Below are positions 12,976 to 25,500 of a DNA stretch of 64,000 nt, piece by piece. Under the pieces are notes generated by a model. It searched no databases and had not been told where the DNA came from. It saw nothing but the letters and a program-made list of their open reading frames with translations. The DNA is taken from positions 186,001 to 250,000 of the forward strand of contig MU008167.1 of the NCBI GenBank assembly GCA_010909165.1, given 5' to 3'. This DNA comes from Anthoceros angustus (taxonomy: Eukaryota; Plantae; Anthocerotophyta). A program made the position numbers and the translations under genes. Position 1 is the stretch's first letter. Each line of letters starts with the position of its first letter.

Positions 12976-14315
12976 ATCGACCTAGGATCATTGGTACAAT
13001 GCAACATTGGTACCAGTGAAATCCAATGAAGAGTGCGATGACCCGTAGATGCTCAATTTGCCAGGTTAGCTCTCTTCTTTCCGTTACTCGTTTTTTTCTC
13101 CCTTTTTCTTTATGAATAATAATAGAAGAGGGATTTTAAAATTAGTTTCGGTTTATCCCTCTTCACTATACTAGTGCACTAATAGTACTAAGGTAGCTTA
13201 GTATTACTAGAAGCATCTCCCTATGTTGCATAGGGCACATTGGTTTCCCTTGTGCGAGACCTGCAGCGTATAACAAATCTATTTATCTAACTATCTATCT
13301 AGGGGAAATGGGGTCGTTCTATCTTTTTATAGCTTTCCTTTGCCTATGGTCCAAAATATGTTAACTAGAATCAATTGCATGTATTCTAACTACTTATTGT
13401 GTGCGTAGTTATATATGTACAAATATTTATTTATAAATATATATTATATGTTAGTATATTGTATATATTACAGTAAATTGGTAGACACTAGTATATAGGT
13501 CTTTCCATCTCCATGGACCTGACATCATAGTGCCATAGGTGACTTAAGGTATGGAAAATGTCTCCATCTTAGTGTGACTTGGGGTCTCTCCCACTATCCT
13601 AATGGTAGATGGATTCATCCCATCTTTACTTATTCCAGAAGATTTTTTGTTTACGAAAACTAGAGCTTTGAAATAACAAACAGGCAAAAAGCCCTACACA
13701 ACTAGGTTCCACCCGAGGCTACCAACGCTCATACACACATACCCTCAAGACAACACCCTTGCAACATGGTCAAACCATTTTGACCACTTGCCATCTAGTT
13801 AGACAGCACTTCAAGAAGTTTGTTGGCGAACGAGCAAAGACACATTGAGTAGTCATACTACCTAAGAGGATGTGCAAAAACTCACTAAGTATTGATCCTA
13901 CCAAAGCGGACTCACAGAAACACACTGAGTATATCATGGGTATAGAGACCACAAATAAGGCAATAGGGGTAGTTCATTCGCCGAAAAGACCCACCAAATG
14001 TGGCGAACCTTGTATATTCAATAAGATACATCTTATCTGTAACAGGTAACTTAAAATCCACCCTATTCATTCAATATAAATATTGATATAGCATTATAGA
14101 TTTTATAAAGCATTCTTGAATACCTAGTAATATTATAGGAACCAAAGAAGAATGAACATACAAGTTTACGATATCGTTATTTATATTGTTGGATGAATAA
14201 TAGCTATTATTCTTTACATTGTTGCTGGCAGCAAATAAACAAGGTCATCATTTACCTGCACTAAAAATTATACATTGTTGTCACGAATATAGTTAATAAT
14301 TTTGAAACTTGTGAT

Positions 14316-14630
14316 TCATGGACAATATTGAGTTGTGCAATAAGCTTCATACACCTCGTAAAAATGAGCACATAAATTACAAGTTTCTTCGGTCAATGCT
14401 TTGATCGTATCATCCAAAGATTTACAACAATCACGTGCAGTCCACAACAGCTCTACCTTCGAATATGTGTGGCATTTTGATTTTTCGCTACTCAAAACGG
14501 CCGTTATGTTTACTGGTGTGTCATCTAGGTCACACAAGAAAGGACTTAAAGCTACAATATACGTATTTGAAACTAAAATAAGAAAATAGATGAAAAATAA
14601 AAATTTTGATTTTGAAACAACATTCCACAT
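14316..14630 (-). CDS. Small secreted cysteine-rich protein B (104 aa, intronless, 8 Cys)
   Basis: Signal-peptide-like FLFFIYFLILVS, then C-x19-C-x14-CC-x14-C-x2-C-x10-C-x4-C. Shares CDLD, LWT.RDCC and TCNLC.HF.EVYE.YC with protein A. Confidence 0.75.
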   Translation of the reverse strand: MWNVVSKSKFLFFIYFLILVSNTYIVALSPFLCDLDDTPVNITAVLSSEKSKCHTYSKVELLWTARDCCKSLDDTIKALTEETCNLCAHFYEVYEAYCTTQYCP

Positions 14631-15098
14631 TTTTAAAATCTGTGAATAAGACTGTCAAGAACAAAAAAAATATAAGGACTAAACAGAGATATGATACATT
14701 AATTTAAAGACATACATGGTTTAAATAAAATACTTCTTCAACATATGTTGGAATGCTAGCTATATATTCTTGAAGAGTGAAGATAAAGATATATATAATA
14801 TGATTAAGAATATTCCGAAGTCCAAGTTCAGTTGCACACATAGGTACATGCCCCCTGGTATTAAGAACTATGCAGAAGAGGGTTGAACTATCCATTGGTT
14901 GGAACTATTAGAGTGTGAGATTGGGATCTCACTTTTGAAAAGTTATTGTACCTCTATGTTTAAAAGCGGTTGTGCTTCCTCGGAAAACACAAATTGAAAA
15001 GATCCTAAGCGAATTTCTACAAATGATTAAAGAATAACACCTTAAGAGTTACAAGCCTTGAGAATTGAATGCGTATACTTACTATCCAGTAAGAACCA

Positions 15099-16440
15099 TG
15101 TCACGGCCAGTTGCCCATGAGCGGACAAGCCACTTAGGGATCATGCAGAGAGTGTAGAACATGGTCTTGCAGTTGATACACTTGTAGAGCTGTGGCAATT
15201 TGATCGGCATATATGGGAAGTCATGCAACACAAATTGATACACATCATATATTGACTAGCGCAAATATAATTGATGCACATCATGTATTGACGTATCGCC
15301 CCGAAAGAGATGTTGTATGAGATGCACTGGTCAAAGGCTATAGCTGTTAAGGTTGTTGAGTCCAACACGATATGATCAAAAACGGAGTGGAGAACAGTTT
15401 GCTAGTAGCAACTGTCCTCACTTATGCTTATGCCTCTATCTTGGGGGTGCACATACACAAGATGAGATGAGAACTCCATAGTTGAACACCCTGCGAGCGG
15501 AACAGTATCGGGATGGGGAATCATCCCTTCACAATCTTTCAACCCACTTGAGAAAATTTGTTCTAGTATCGTCTAGCCTACTTGGGCGCGCCGACCTCCT
15601 TTGTCAGTGGTTTGCGCGCGAGAATCTCTCTAAAATACTATTGATTGTGCTGTTGTGGAATGACGTATGCAAGTTGTTAAATCAACAGAGCAATCTATGC
15701 CAACAAAGGATGTGATGCGCAGCACAAAGTCCGAGTGAAAAGGCTGCAAAAAGGTAAGCAAAGCAAGTGAATTCCAGTTTGCAATTACAGCAGTAGCAAC
15801 AGCCAAGCAGCCTAGCATTGTTGCCAGAGCTCCAACAAATGGATGACTAAAAGAGTGCACGAGGAGGGAGCATAGGTCTACAATTCAAGGACAATCCATC
15901 AAGGAAATTCAGCCCTGGAGAGAGCTAGGAGAGCAACTAGGAGGAACCGCCAAGTTGGTAGAGTCAAGATGAGCTCGACACTGGAACTCGGCTATAGAAG
16001 GCGAGGAAGTTTGCCCCCTTCATAGATTCATCTAGAAGTATAAGGAGGATGTCACGGCCTGTTGCCCGTGAACAGACAAGCCAGTTAGGGATCCAGGCTT
16101 GCTAAATATGTACAGAGCCAGCTGATCAGTGGCTAGATGGGCTGTAAGGATAAGGATGAGATTCAGGCAGAGGAGGCCAGCTTAGGCAAGGAGGAAGATG
16201 CATCCAAATAGTTGAACCTAGGAGTAGATGGAGTTTAAGAGTTTAGGTTAGACTAAGCATAGTTCTATGAACTAACTAGTCTAGTTAGATTTGGACCCAA
16301 GGTCAAGAAGAAGATCTTGTGGACAGGCTGGGTAAACAAGAGTGCGCATCTGCGGGAGGGCAGGTCTCTCCATTCCGTAAGCTTCTAGCAAGTCTGTGAT
16401 TCCCCAAAGCACAAAGCATGCTTACACACTAACTATAACA
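15099..16440 (+). mobile_element. LTR-retrotransposon-like remnants (two related LTR-like starts)
   Basis: tgtcacggcc.gttgccc.tga.c.gacaagcca.ttagggatc occurs at 15099 and 16050. No gag/pol ORF and no TSD seen. Confidence 0.4.
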
Positions 16441-18169
16441 CCGATGATAATAACATTCGTCATTTTGCGTGTCCTGGTTGTTGTAAAATCATAAAAGATT
16501 ATTATATTTTTAATAAATTAACCCTAGAATAAAAACCAAGCTCAAAACCAGTTTTTGTCCTACATTTGACATTGTGCACAATTTTTGTATGACGTCAATT
16601 CTACAACGTACAAATATGGATATAGGGAAAGATTGGGCCCTTCTGTTTTTTTCCCAACCTTTCCATATGTTTCAAATCACATTTTTCTTCCTTGTGTATG
16701 CTTTGGTGCATGGAGGCTGTAGCTGCCTTCGGTGTACAAGGATGGACATCTGTGAGTGCACCAATTGGGGCATACATCCTTGAGAGGCGGTTCTCCTGTT
16801 CGTGTGCAACTAAGTTGGAGCAATGGGGAATGATCTGGGCCGGGCCATGATGGCTTGATCTAAGAGGAATGATCGAAGCCAAACCCTAATGCATGTGGCT
16901 TGATCTTGGCCGAGGCATGATGGCCTCATGCCCACGCCCAGTTGGCCCAGTCAGGCCGATGGTCCCATGTCCAGGCTGCCCAATTGGCCCGATTGATCTG
17001 CCTGATTGGGCTCACAGCTTGAAGGAAGACTGAGAGAAAGTAAGTCAACTACCCTCGATTGTGAAGAAAAATTGGACAACTGGACAATCATATTACATCT
17101 AGGATGTAGTGTAGAGTGGTATGACATGCTTTCCTGTAATAAACTTCATTTCCTTCTTTCTTATGTCATAGACTATGAGAAGCTCAAACTAATGTGCTGA
17201 TGAAGGTTTCTTTTTCTTACTTTCAAATATTACTATGAAAACTTAGGTATGTGTATTATAAATAATGAAAAATAGGATTTTTATATAATACAACAAGAAT
17301 GAATATATCAAACAGAAGATTAATTGGATATATCCAGTAAGTATGAAAAAATGTTCAAAATCAACAATCCATGAAGCAAAGAGCACGAATCAGTGTTAGC
17401 AATCCAAGGCAGTACGATAGAAAATCATACAGTGCAATCAATGAAACTGTTTGGATTTAACCTCAGAACACCGGTGGGTCTGGCCTATTTTTGTAGTGAT
17501 GTTCAGTTAGAAATGGTTTAGGGTCTTTTCTTGATCGATTTGTTTACTATGTATTCAATTCGTGAAAAATATGATCAACCATCTTCAAGACCCACTCTTG
17601 GCAGCGCAGCAGCACATAGGCCCTCATTCCATGAAAAGCTCCACCTTTGTGTGGTTAGAAATGATCCATACGATTATGCGAGCGAGAACTTTGTTGCCTA
17701 CTTTCGGGATCAACATACCCATGTCTACATATCATTGGAAAGCCATAAGGAATACCGAAGTCGTCACGGGGCACGGTCTGTGTGATAAGTTTTTTTTGTC
17801 CAGTATTCTACATGATGATGCCGAGGCATCTTCAAGATTCCTTCATCACATACAGGCCACATCAGCATACGATGGGCCGTAGGCACCAGAGCAACTTGCC
17901 CCTTGGTGTTCCGATGTCGTCATCTACTTTTATTTCTGCCATTTAGGGTTTTTGTGATACACACATACACATGTTTAGGGTTCGCCTGGACCAGACATGG
18001 ACATATATGTCGGATTGGACATGTCTCAGCCCCGCGCGAAGGCCTCAAATGTGGGCATGTTAGACGTTGAAGACTGTGTTTCCCTCTCACCGTCGTGCGA
18101 TGGCCCCGGATGTTCGCATGGTACATGTTCAAGACAGTGTTTTCTCCATCGTGCATTTGGCGTGCGTGC

Positions 18170-18356
18170 CAAACAAGGTCTGGATGGCTGCCAAAGCCAG
18201 TCGTGTGAGGCCTGGATGGCTGCTCTAGGCTATCTGCCACAAAGGCCTGGATGGCTGCTCCAAGCTATCTTCCACAAAGGCCTGGATGGCTGCCAAGGCC
18301 AGTCGCGCGAGGCTTGGATGGCTGCTCCAGGCTATCTGCCACAAAGGCCTGGTGAC
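18170..18356. repeat. Degenerate ~33-35 bp tandem repeat, ~5 copies
   Basis: tggatggctgc core with ctatctgccacaaaggcc spacers repeated through the interval. Confidence 0.8.
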
Positions 18357-19114
18357 GGTTGTTCATGGCATATTGACAGCCAGATGGGTGCTTGCGAGGA
18401 TGTGCGAAGACCGATGTTCTGACAGCCCTAAGAAAGAAAACCTTGCATGTCGCAACCTAAAAAGAATCTTGACACACCATTTGACGACATCGGTACATGA
18501 GGGGCAGGCACCCCCGGCCGATGTCGTCAAGTGTGTGACATAAGAGGTTTTCCCGTCGCAAACTTCTTATGTCACCCTCTGATTTTATATCTGATAAAGC
18601 CACACTCTGATTTTATATCAAAACTTTGTAACCACAAACATATTGACCACAAAAGTAGGAGGCCGGGCGTTATAAACTCCTAAAACCTTGAGGAATACTT
18701 TCACCCCAAACATCCTCCTAACTCGAATCGACAAAAAAACAGGCCGGTGGAAAATTCCGGGTTGGGGCGCCACCGTGGCTGCGGCGCCGAACCCCTTCTC
18801 TCATCGATCGGCGTGGTGTTTGAAACGGGGTCAGGTTAGCCCGCAAGCCATGGTCACCCGAGCTTTGGCGATTGTGAGGGCTTCGACCCTCGATTCTTAG
18901 CTTTGCGAAAGCTTCGACCCTCAATTCGGGCGATGGTGGGTTTGAGTAACACGTCCGATGATGCGCCTTTCTCGATGGGAGCGACAGTACACAAACAGCA
19001 AGATTTTTCATTGGTTTTGGAAGTACAGGGAAAGCACCCTCAGTGTCTCACTTTGATATCGTTGGACGATCATTGCAAGCTACACCAGACTATTATGTGG
19101 TTTAATCGCTGATG

Positions 19115-21005
19115 CTAGATAAGAGTATTCTCGATCCATGAGGCTAGAACGAGAGCCGCCTGCTTCCACCTTGTGTCTAACATGACATCGTGTGCAACTT
19201 CTCGAATCAATTCCTTGGACCCTTTGAAAAACTCATGGGTCTCATCTACACCTTGATGGTCCTGCAGAACATACCAATAAGATCCATGAAGAGTCATTTC
19301 CGAATCAGGGTGAGAGTTCTTCGGAAGTGACAAAGAGCATGCAGACAGCTCACCACCAGAAAGTCATTCTCTGCCCCAACGACGAACACAGGTGGAGTTG
19401 CAGAGGAGACCGGTAGAGCAACTGGCAAGGAAGCGTTCAGTTTTCGAAGATCAAACAAAGGTATACGGGAGCTTGTTTTGAGTAACTCTTGGTATCTGCA
19501 TAATGGTTAACAAATTACACAAGGGCCCTGTGAAATGAAACAAAATGCAGCACAATGATTTGAAGCAACCTACCTTTTCACTTGGTCATCTGGCATATCA
19601 GGAGAGAAAAAACTTTCGCGGCAAAGGGGTAGCGAATTTGAGAACATTTTTGCTGCCAGACTTAGAGTAACCTGGCCATGAGGTTTATCCTATATTAGCA
19701 CCAAGAAAATGATGCTGTGACCTTCAACCTAGGGCTAAACTGGGTGCAGGATACCTTGACTGCAGTGATCGGTTTTGACAAGACATACCGTTGGACAATA
19801 CCCCTGCATTCGCTCAACACAATTTCTGTCAGCAGTGCCGCAGTTCTGTCATCCGTACAGACATGGTTTTGTTTTTGTTTCTGTATGCTTACCCATTGCC
19901 TGTGGGTGGTACTGAGCAGAGTAGAATGGCTGCTGCAAGCCTGGGGTAGTGATCTGCACAAAGCCAGCAACACAACGGCTGGCCTGTCAGCGTTAACCAA
20001 GCACCAGGCCAGCCAATGGCACCAGCTGGGCGACGTCTGGAAGGTGCATCAGCATGAGCATAGGTAAGGCCTAGGCTGGTAGAATGGAAACAACCCTCAG
20101 GTGCCACATTCGAAGGTCGCTCCACGGCATGTGACATCCGGCCGAGGTAGTACTGAACGATCAATCCTCCAAACGAATGCCCAACCAGCACAGCCTCATT
20201 GGCCAGGTTGGTCTGGATGAAGTATGCCACATCCCTTGCATGTGACTACTGCAGTCATCAGGAGAAGTGCGGCAGAGCATCAGCTCAGAAGAGAACACTC
20301 CACTCACAGCACTACAATGCCCTGCCAACAGTGCACGACTGATACCTGCAGATCTCCAGCAACCTTCTCTGGGGGAGTGTCACTTCCACCCTACACAGCA
20401 CAGCACAACCTCCTGCATTGAAGCAACTTCTCATGGAGCTAATGGACTCATCAGCCCCCAAGCTGTGTGATGAAAAACGACAAACACAACAAACAATGGC
20501 AGGAAAAGTGACAGCCCACCTGGCCAAGTAGGCTGATTGCATAACAATCATGCCCACGATCTGAAAAAAACGGCAACCAATGCTCTGCCCAGCACCAGGC
20601 TGCATGGTAGCTTCCATGAATAAACACAAGCGGTGCCTTGCCAGACGACCGCTCCCGCCCAAGCTGAGAAATCACCTCGAGTCGCAAGCCGGATGGCAAT
20701 GTTTGGAAAAATCTTGCCTGCCCTTGGCTCAAAGCAAACAGAGGAGACTGTGCCTGAGACGGGGAGTCCACAGATGTATGCACCGCCCTTGAGATTCCTT
20801 TCACCTTCACATTAGAAACGGCCACCGAGGCCTTCAACCCACAATAGTTGCCAGCCTCAGAGCTTGCCGAGAGCCAGGATAACGTCAGTCCAGTTGTTGC
20901 TGGACACCTTCTGGGCGCATGGTGACCTCGGGGATGGGGTATTCCACATACCGTACCCTCCAGAAATGGTGACACCGCAGCAGGGCTGATCCAATTCGAC
21001 GGCAT
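19115..21005 (-). CDS. Alpha/beta-hydrolase with an N-terminal organelle-targeting-like extension, multi-exon
   Basis: Exons give PLVFIHGSYHAAWCWAEHW, the nucleophile motif GHSFGG, VVGAENDFLV and a last exon with EVAHDVMLD (catalytic His) ending at 19115. GT-AG introns were traced by eye. Confidence 0.9.
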
Positions 21006-21157
21006 TGCGAATCGCAGCAGGTAGGAAGTCGCCCTAGTTCACCGGAACCTTGTTCGCTTTCGAGTCTGCTGCGTTTGAGGTTCCCTGCAGAGGAGGAGAA
21101 TAGTTCGAATTTCACAGTTCTGGGAAACTGCCTGCTCTGGTGCAGTGGTCTGCAAAT

Positions 21158-21697
21158 ATGCAGATCTTTGTGAAGACTCTGAGGGGGACGACCATCACTT
21201 TGGAGGTGAAGAGGTACGATACCATCACCAACGTCAAGACCAAGGTCCAGGATAAGGAGAAGATTCCACCTGAGCAGCAAAGACTGATATTTGCTGGCAA
21301 GCAGCTGGACGATGGGCGAATAGTGGCAGACTATAACATAGCCAAGGAGTCCACGCTCCATTTGATGCTCCGACTCAAGGGGGGAACCCTGGCTGCTGTG
21401 TCCAGGGCCTGTGTGAAACGGCTTCAGCTTGTGGGAGTGGGATATCGTGCTGCTGTGGACAGCAGCGAGCTTACCCTGAGCTTGGGCTTCTCTCATCCAG
21501 TCCGCATGCCAATCCCAGAAGGCATTTCTGTCAAGGTTGAGGGCAACACCAAAATATACATCCTTGGCTTTGACAAATGTAAGGTAGGGAATTTCTCTTC
21601 TGCAATACGGCTGCTCAGGCCACCAGAACCTTACAAGGGCAAGGGCATCCGGTATGTGGATGAGGTTGTGAAAATCAAGGAGGGCAAGAAGAAATGA
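21158..21697 (+). CDS. Ubiquitin (76 aa, divergent) fused to the C-terminal half of an organellar/bacterial-type ribosomal protein uL6 (103 aa); intronless
   Basis: 21158-21385 reads MQIFVKTL...[11 protein letters not shown]. 21386-21697 reads [40 protein letters not shown]. One uninterrupted reading frame. Confidence 0.93.
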   Translation: MQIFVKTLRGTTITLEVKRYDTITNVKTKVQDKEKIPPEQQRLIFAGKQLDDGRIVADYNIAKESTLHLMLRLKGGTLAAVSRACVKRLQLVGVGYRAAVDSSELTLSLGFSHPVRMPIPEGISVKVEGNTKIYILGFDKCKVGNFSSAIRLLRPPEPYKGKGIRYVDEVVKIKEGKKK

Positions 21698-22561
21698 ACT
21701 CCCCCATGGAGTGTGCTACTGCTGATTACTTGGGATTTGAAGTTTCACATGTCAGGGATAGGTTGTGTAGATCGTATGGAAGTGGCGGGAATTCCAAACT
21801 TCTGTAAGGCTGTGATCCTGCAGCAGACTCATTGTCCCTTCCCATTTTACTTAGCAAATCCAATTTTTGTTCAGTTGTTGCAGCTGATTGTGCTGCACCA
21901 AATTTTAGCTTGCCAGAACGTTCTTGTCATGATCAGCGAGCTGGCGATGTCTATGGAAGGCTGCTCACACGAGTGAGCACTTTCAGGAATCATTGGTGTC
22001 TTGTCCCAAGTGTGAAAGCTTCAGTGGTGATAAAGCACTGAACCAAGAGTTTGAGAGTTGTCCACAACGTCCAATTTTCAAGATCAAGATTAGGTTACGA
22101 ATCCAGTGTTAATTGTCAGTAACCACCAAGCATTCTTGAAGGCGGTCAGGTCTCAAAGGCAGTGGGAAGGCAGCCAGTTGTGGCTGGTGCAATCATTTAA
22201 TGGATGACGTTGATACAGCTTCAGGGAATGAGGAAGACATAAGGCTGATTGCCTTCTACCACCGTTCTAGACTGGGTGAAAGGCTTATGGAGTAGATTGA
22301 GACCAATCTTGTGAAGGGTTGGTCTTGAAAAAGATGTACGCAGTCCCTTCAGTATGAAGGTATGCCTGAGAGACATTTGCAGACATTGATAAGTCACTGT
22401 GTCCTAAATCTAAAGTCTCTGTTCAGAGAAGGCGTTTGCAGAGATTTGGACATCGACAGTCTTGATCCCTCGAGTTATTTGCGGCATTACACTTACTTGA
22501 ATTAGCATTGCACCTGTTCCTGTGCTTCTCACAGATTCAGGAGAAGAGACCTTGGTCTGAT

Positions 22562-25500
22562 ATGCAGGAACATAGACAGTCGTCCGGCGTTTTGGAAAAG
22601 AGACTGCCCAAAGAGAAAAAAGCATCTGGCGGTGCAGCTGGGAAGCTAGGAAAACCTGTCCGCTCATCTGTCAGCTCTCTGCCTCTTCTGTTTGATCTCA
22701 GTGATTTCAAGGTAGGCGGCCTGCTTGAATGCGTTTGTACAATTATATATACTATGCACGACGGTGGATATTTTGCACGATGAGTTATCAATCTCTGTTC
22801 GTATGGGCTTCTGTGCAGAGCCAATTCGTCTTTGATGAGTTCTTCAACCAGCTCGTCCAGGAGATATGGGGAGTTCAGGACACGACACCTTCAAAGAGGG
22901 CAAGCATCCAAAGTAGAAAGGAAGCTAATGGTCCAGCACCAATGCAATCGGAAGGGCCAACGAAGCTGATTGCTGGGGTTGCTATTCCAGAAGCAGAACC
23001 CATACTTCGGATATTAAACGATGCCAAGGGAGAGATTGTAGGACTTAGCAGCAAGGTACCTAACAGAGGCTGTTGTGTACAAGCACTAAAAAGCAAAATA
23101 CCGTCAAGTGGACAGTAGCTATTGTGTGGCAGGCCTGCCCTCACCCAATTTCAATGAGCAGGTTATGGGGCGGCTGGATAGTCTGAAGAACGAAATAGCA
23201 TCACATGAAGGAAAGTGCCAGGACCAATTTTTGCAGGTAACGCTCTGCATTTGCTGATATCAACTGTAGCAAGTCAGTACTCAGGTCCCATTTCAGAAAT
23301 GCCTATGCATCTGAACCACAACCTACGAGCAGCAGCACATAAAACTTCTCTGGCATGCAAATATGATTTGTCATGGTCCTTGGTCGTGGATCTGGTATGA
23401 GACATAAATGTGTACCAATGATCATGAAGATGACTTCACAGGTTAAGAAGGCATTAGAAGGATTGTTTGAGTGTTTCACACGGCTTGATAAGCGTGTCAC
23501 AGGAGTGGCTCAGACAGCAGCAAGGATCAGCGACCAACTTCAGGTCTGAGACTATGTTCTGATAGTCTCCTTACTTTCCTCCACAGATATTTGGCTTCAC
23601 CACTAATTAAAGTAATGCGTGTCTGAACAGCATACTGACCAGCAGAAGGACTGTGCTTATGAAACAGTGGACCTTATGAAGGTAACAGACTGCCGCCTCG
23701 CAGGTGGAAGTAGTTATGTATTCCTAGCTCTGGACGCTCGTTCCTTGTAGAGTATCAAGCAGTTATTATCTTTTTCTTGACCTAATATGCAAGTGATTTC
23801 AGTACATGGCAGAGTTCAATTCAAGTTTGCCAAAAAGTGAGGAGAGATCTGGTGAAGATTCAAGTTTGCCAAATAGTGAGGAGAGATCTGGTGAGGCTAT
23901 AAATGGAGATTCTGTGGATCATGCCAACAGCGATGCTGTGAAGCTTAGTGGGCTATCACCAATATTCAGTGATGACAAGAGGGTTGCTGAAGCTGCTGTC
24001 ATTGTTCAGAAGCTCCGTGAGTGCATCTCCCTGCATCTTTTGTGCACATATTGTTGTGGAGTGTTGAGAGAGCCTCTTGCACTCAAAGTAACACTTTCAT
24101 CCAGGTTCCTTCGCTGAGGGGAACATCAGAGGAGCTCCTGCTGGTGGTGGTGCTGATAAGACAGCAAGGGTAGGTCTGGATGTTGCAGTGGCAAGGCTTC
24201 AGGACTACTGCAATGGTCAGTGACATAATGTCAGGTCCCCAACTCGTAAATCTTGTGACATACGCGTATTGGTTTTCTGAGTTGAATCGTCGCTAACTGC
24301 AGAACTGGAAAATCGCCTTCTTGCCAAATTTGATATGGCATGTCAAGAGCGAGACCTGAAATCTATGGCAGATTGTGCCAAGATCCTTGGCGAGGTATTC
24401 ATAAGTAGAGGCTCAGTTTGGCAGTTTTATAAGCCATAAAACATTTGGACTGATCTTCTTCTGGTCCTTACTCGCGGTCCAGTTCAACAGGGGAACAAGT
24501 GCAATGCAACGGTATGTGGCAACATTGCCAATGTTCATCAATGTTGAGGTGATGAATATGGATGTGAAGACTCTGCTTGGTGAGGAGTCCCAGGATGGAG
24601 CACCTTTTTTGGAGCCTGACAAGGTTGGACAAGGGCTGGCCATCCTTTACAAGGGGATCACAGGTAGTTAGATTCCTGATTCTATTTGTACAATTTTTTT
24701 TCTAACGCCACATGCTCTCAAGCGATGCAAACATCTTGTACTTACAGATTCCTGTATCAGACACAGTCAGAAAGGAGTCCGCTGTCATAGCTGTTGTTTT
24801 CCCGTCACCAGCTGCGGTCATGGCAATTCTTGTCCAGGTAACGGAGCGAGTTTTGGAAAAACGTCAGCTGGGTATATGTTAGATAGACACATTGGTTTTC
24901 TTGCCTTGCAGAGAGTTTTGGAGCAGCGAGTCCGATTGGTGGTAGATAAGGTTTTGGTGAGGCCTTCCCTATCAGTTCCTGTGCCAATGGAGCAAGGAGG
25001 CTACTTGCAGGTACAGTTGTCCAGTTTGTCCCATTCTAGACCACCAGCATGGTGTGTGACGCTCACTTGTTCTGATCACAAAGTTCCCTGAAGCAGTATC
25101 TCCAAATCCTCAGCACCTGCTATGAGAGGACACTGGGACTTGCCAAGGATCTGCAAACATTCTGCCATGATCAACTGGAATGTGAAGGTAGGATGCAAAA
25201 CCAACTGAAATAGTTTTAAGAGGCTGTTCCTACAATTCTGCTTTGAGCACATTGTTATTCTGGAAAGCGTAGCTTGATAATTTTTGTGAATTTGGTATCC
25301 AGGGGTTGCTGAATCTTTGTTCTCTGAACACAGAGATAACTATCCAGAGTTTGAACGGGCTTCACTCAAGCAGCTCTTCGAAGCGAAGGTAGACAGGACT
25401 TACACGGCTGTATTCTGGCTGGCAGGTCAGCAACTGTTGTTACCATTGCAGAGAGATGTCCTCGTGCGCTGAGCATTTTCTAAAATCTCTCATGGCCTGA

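Noticed and set aside
16500-19100. Short ORFs in the TE-like region
   Set aside because: No recognisable transposase or gene motifs; probably decayed repeats.
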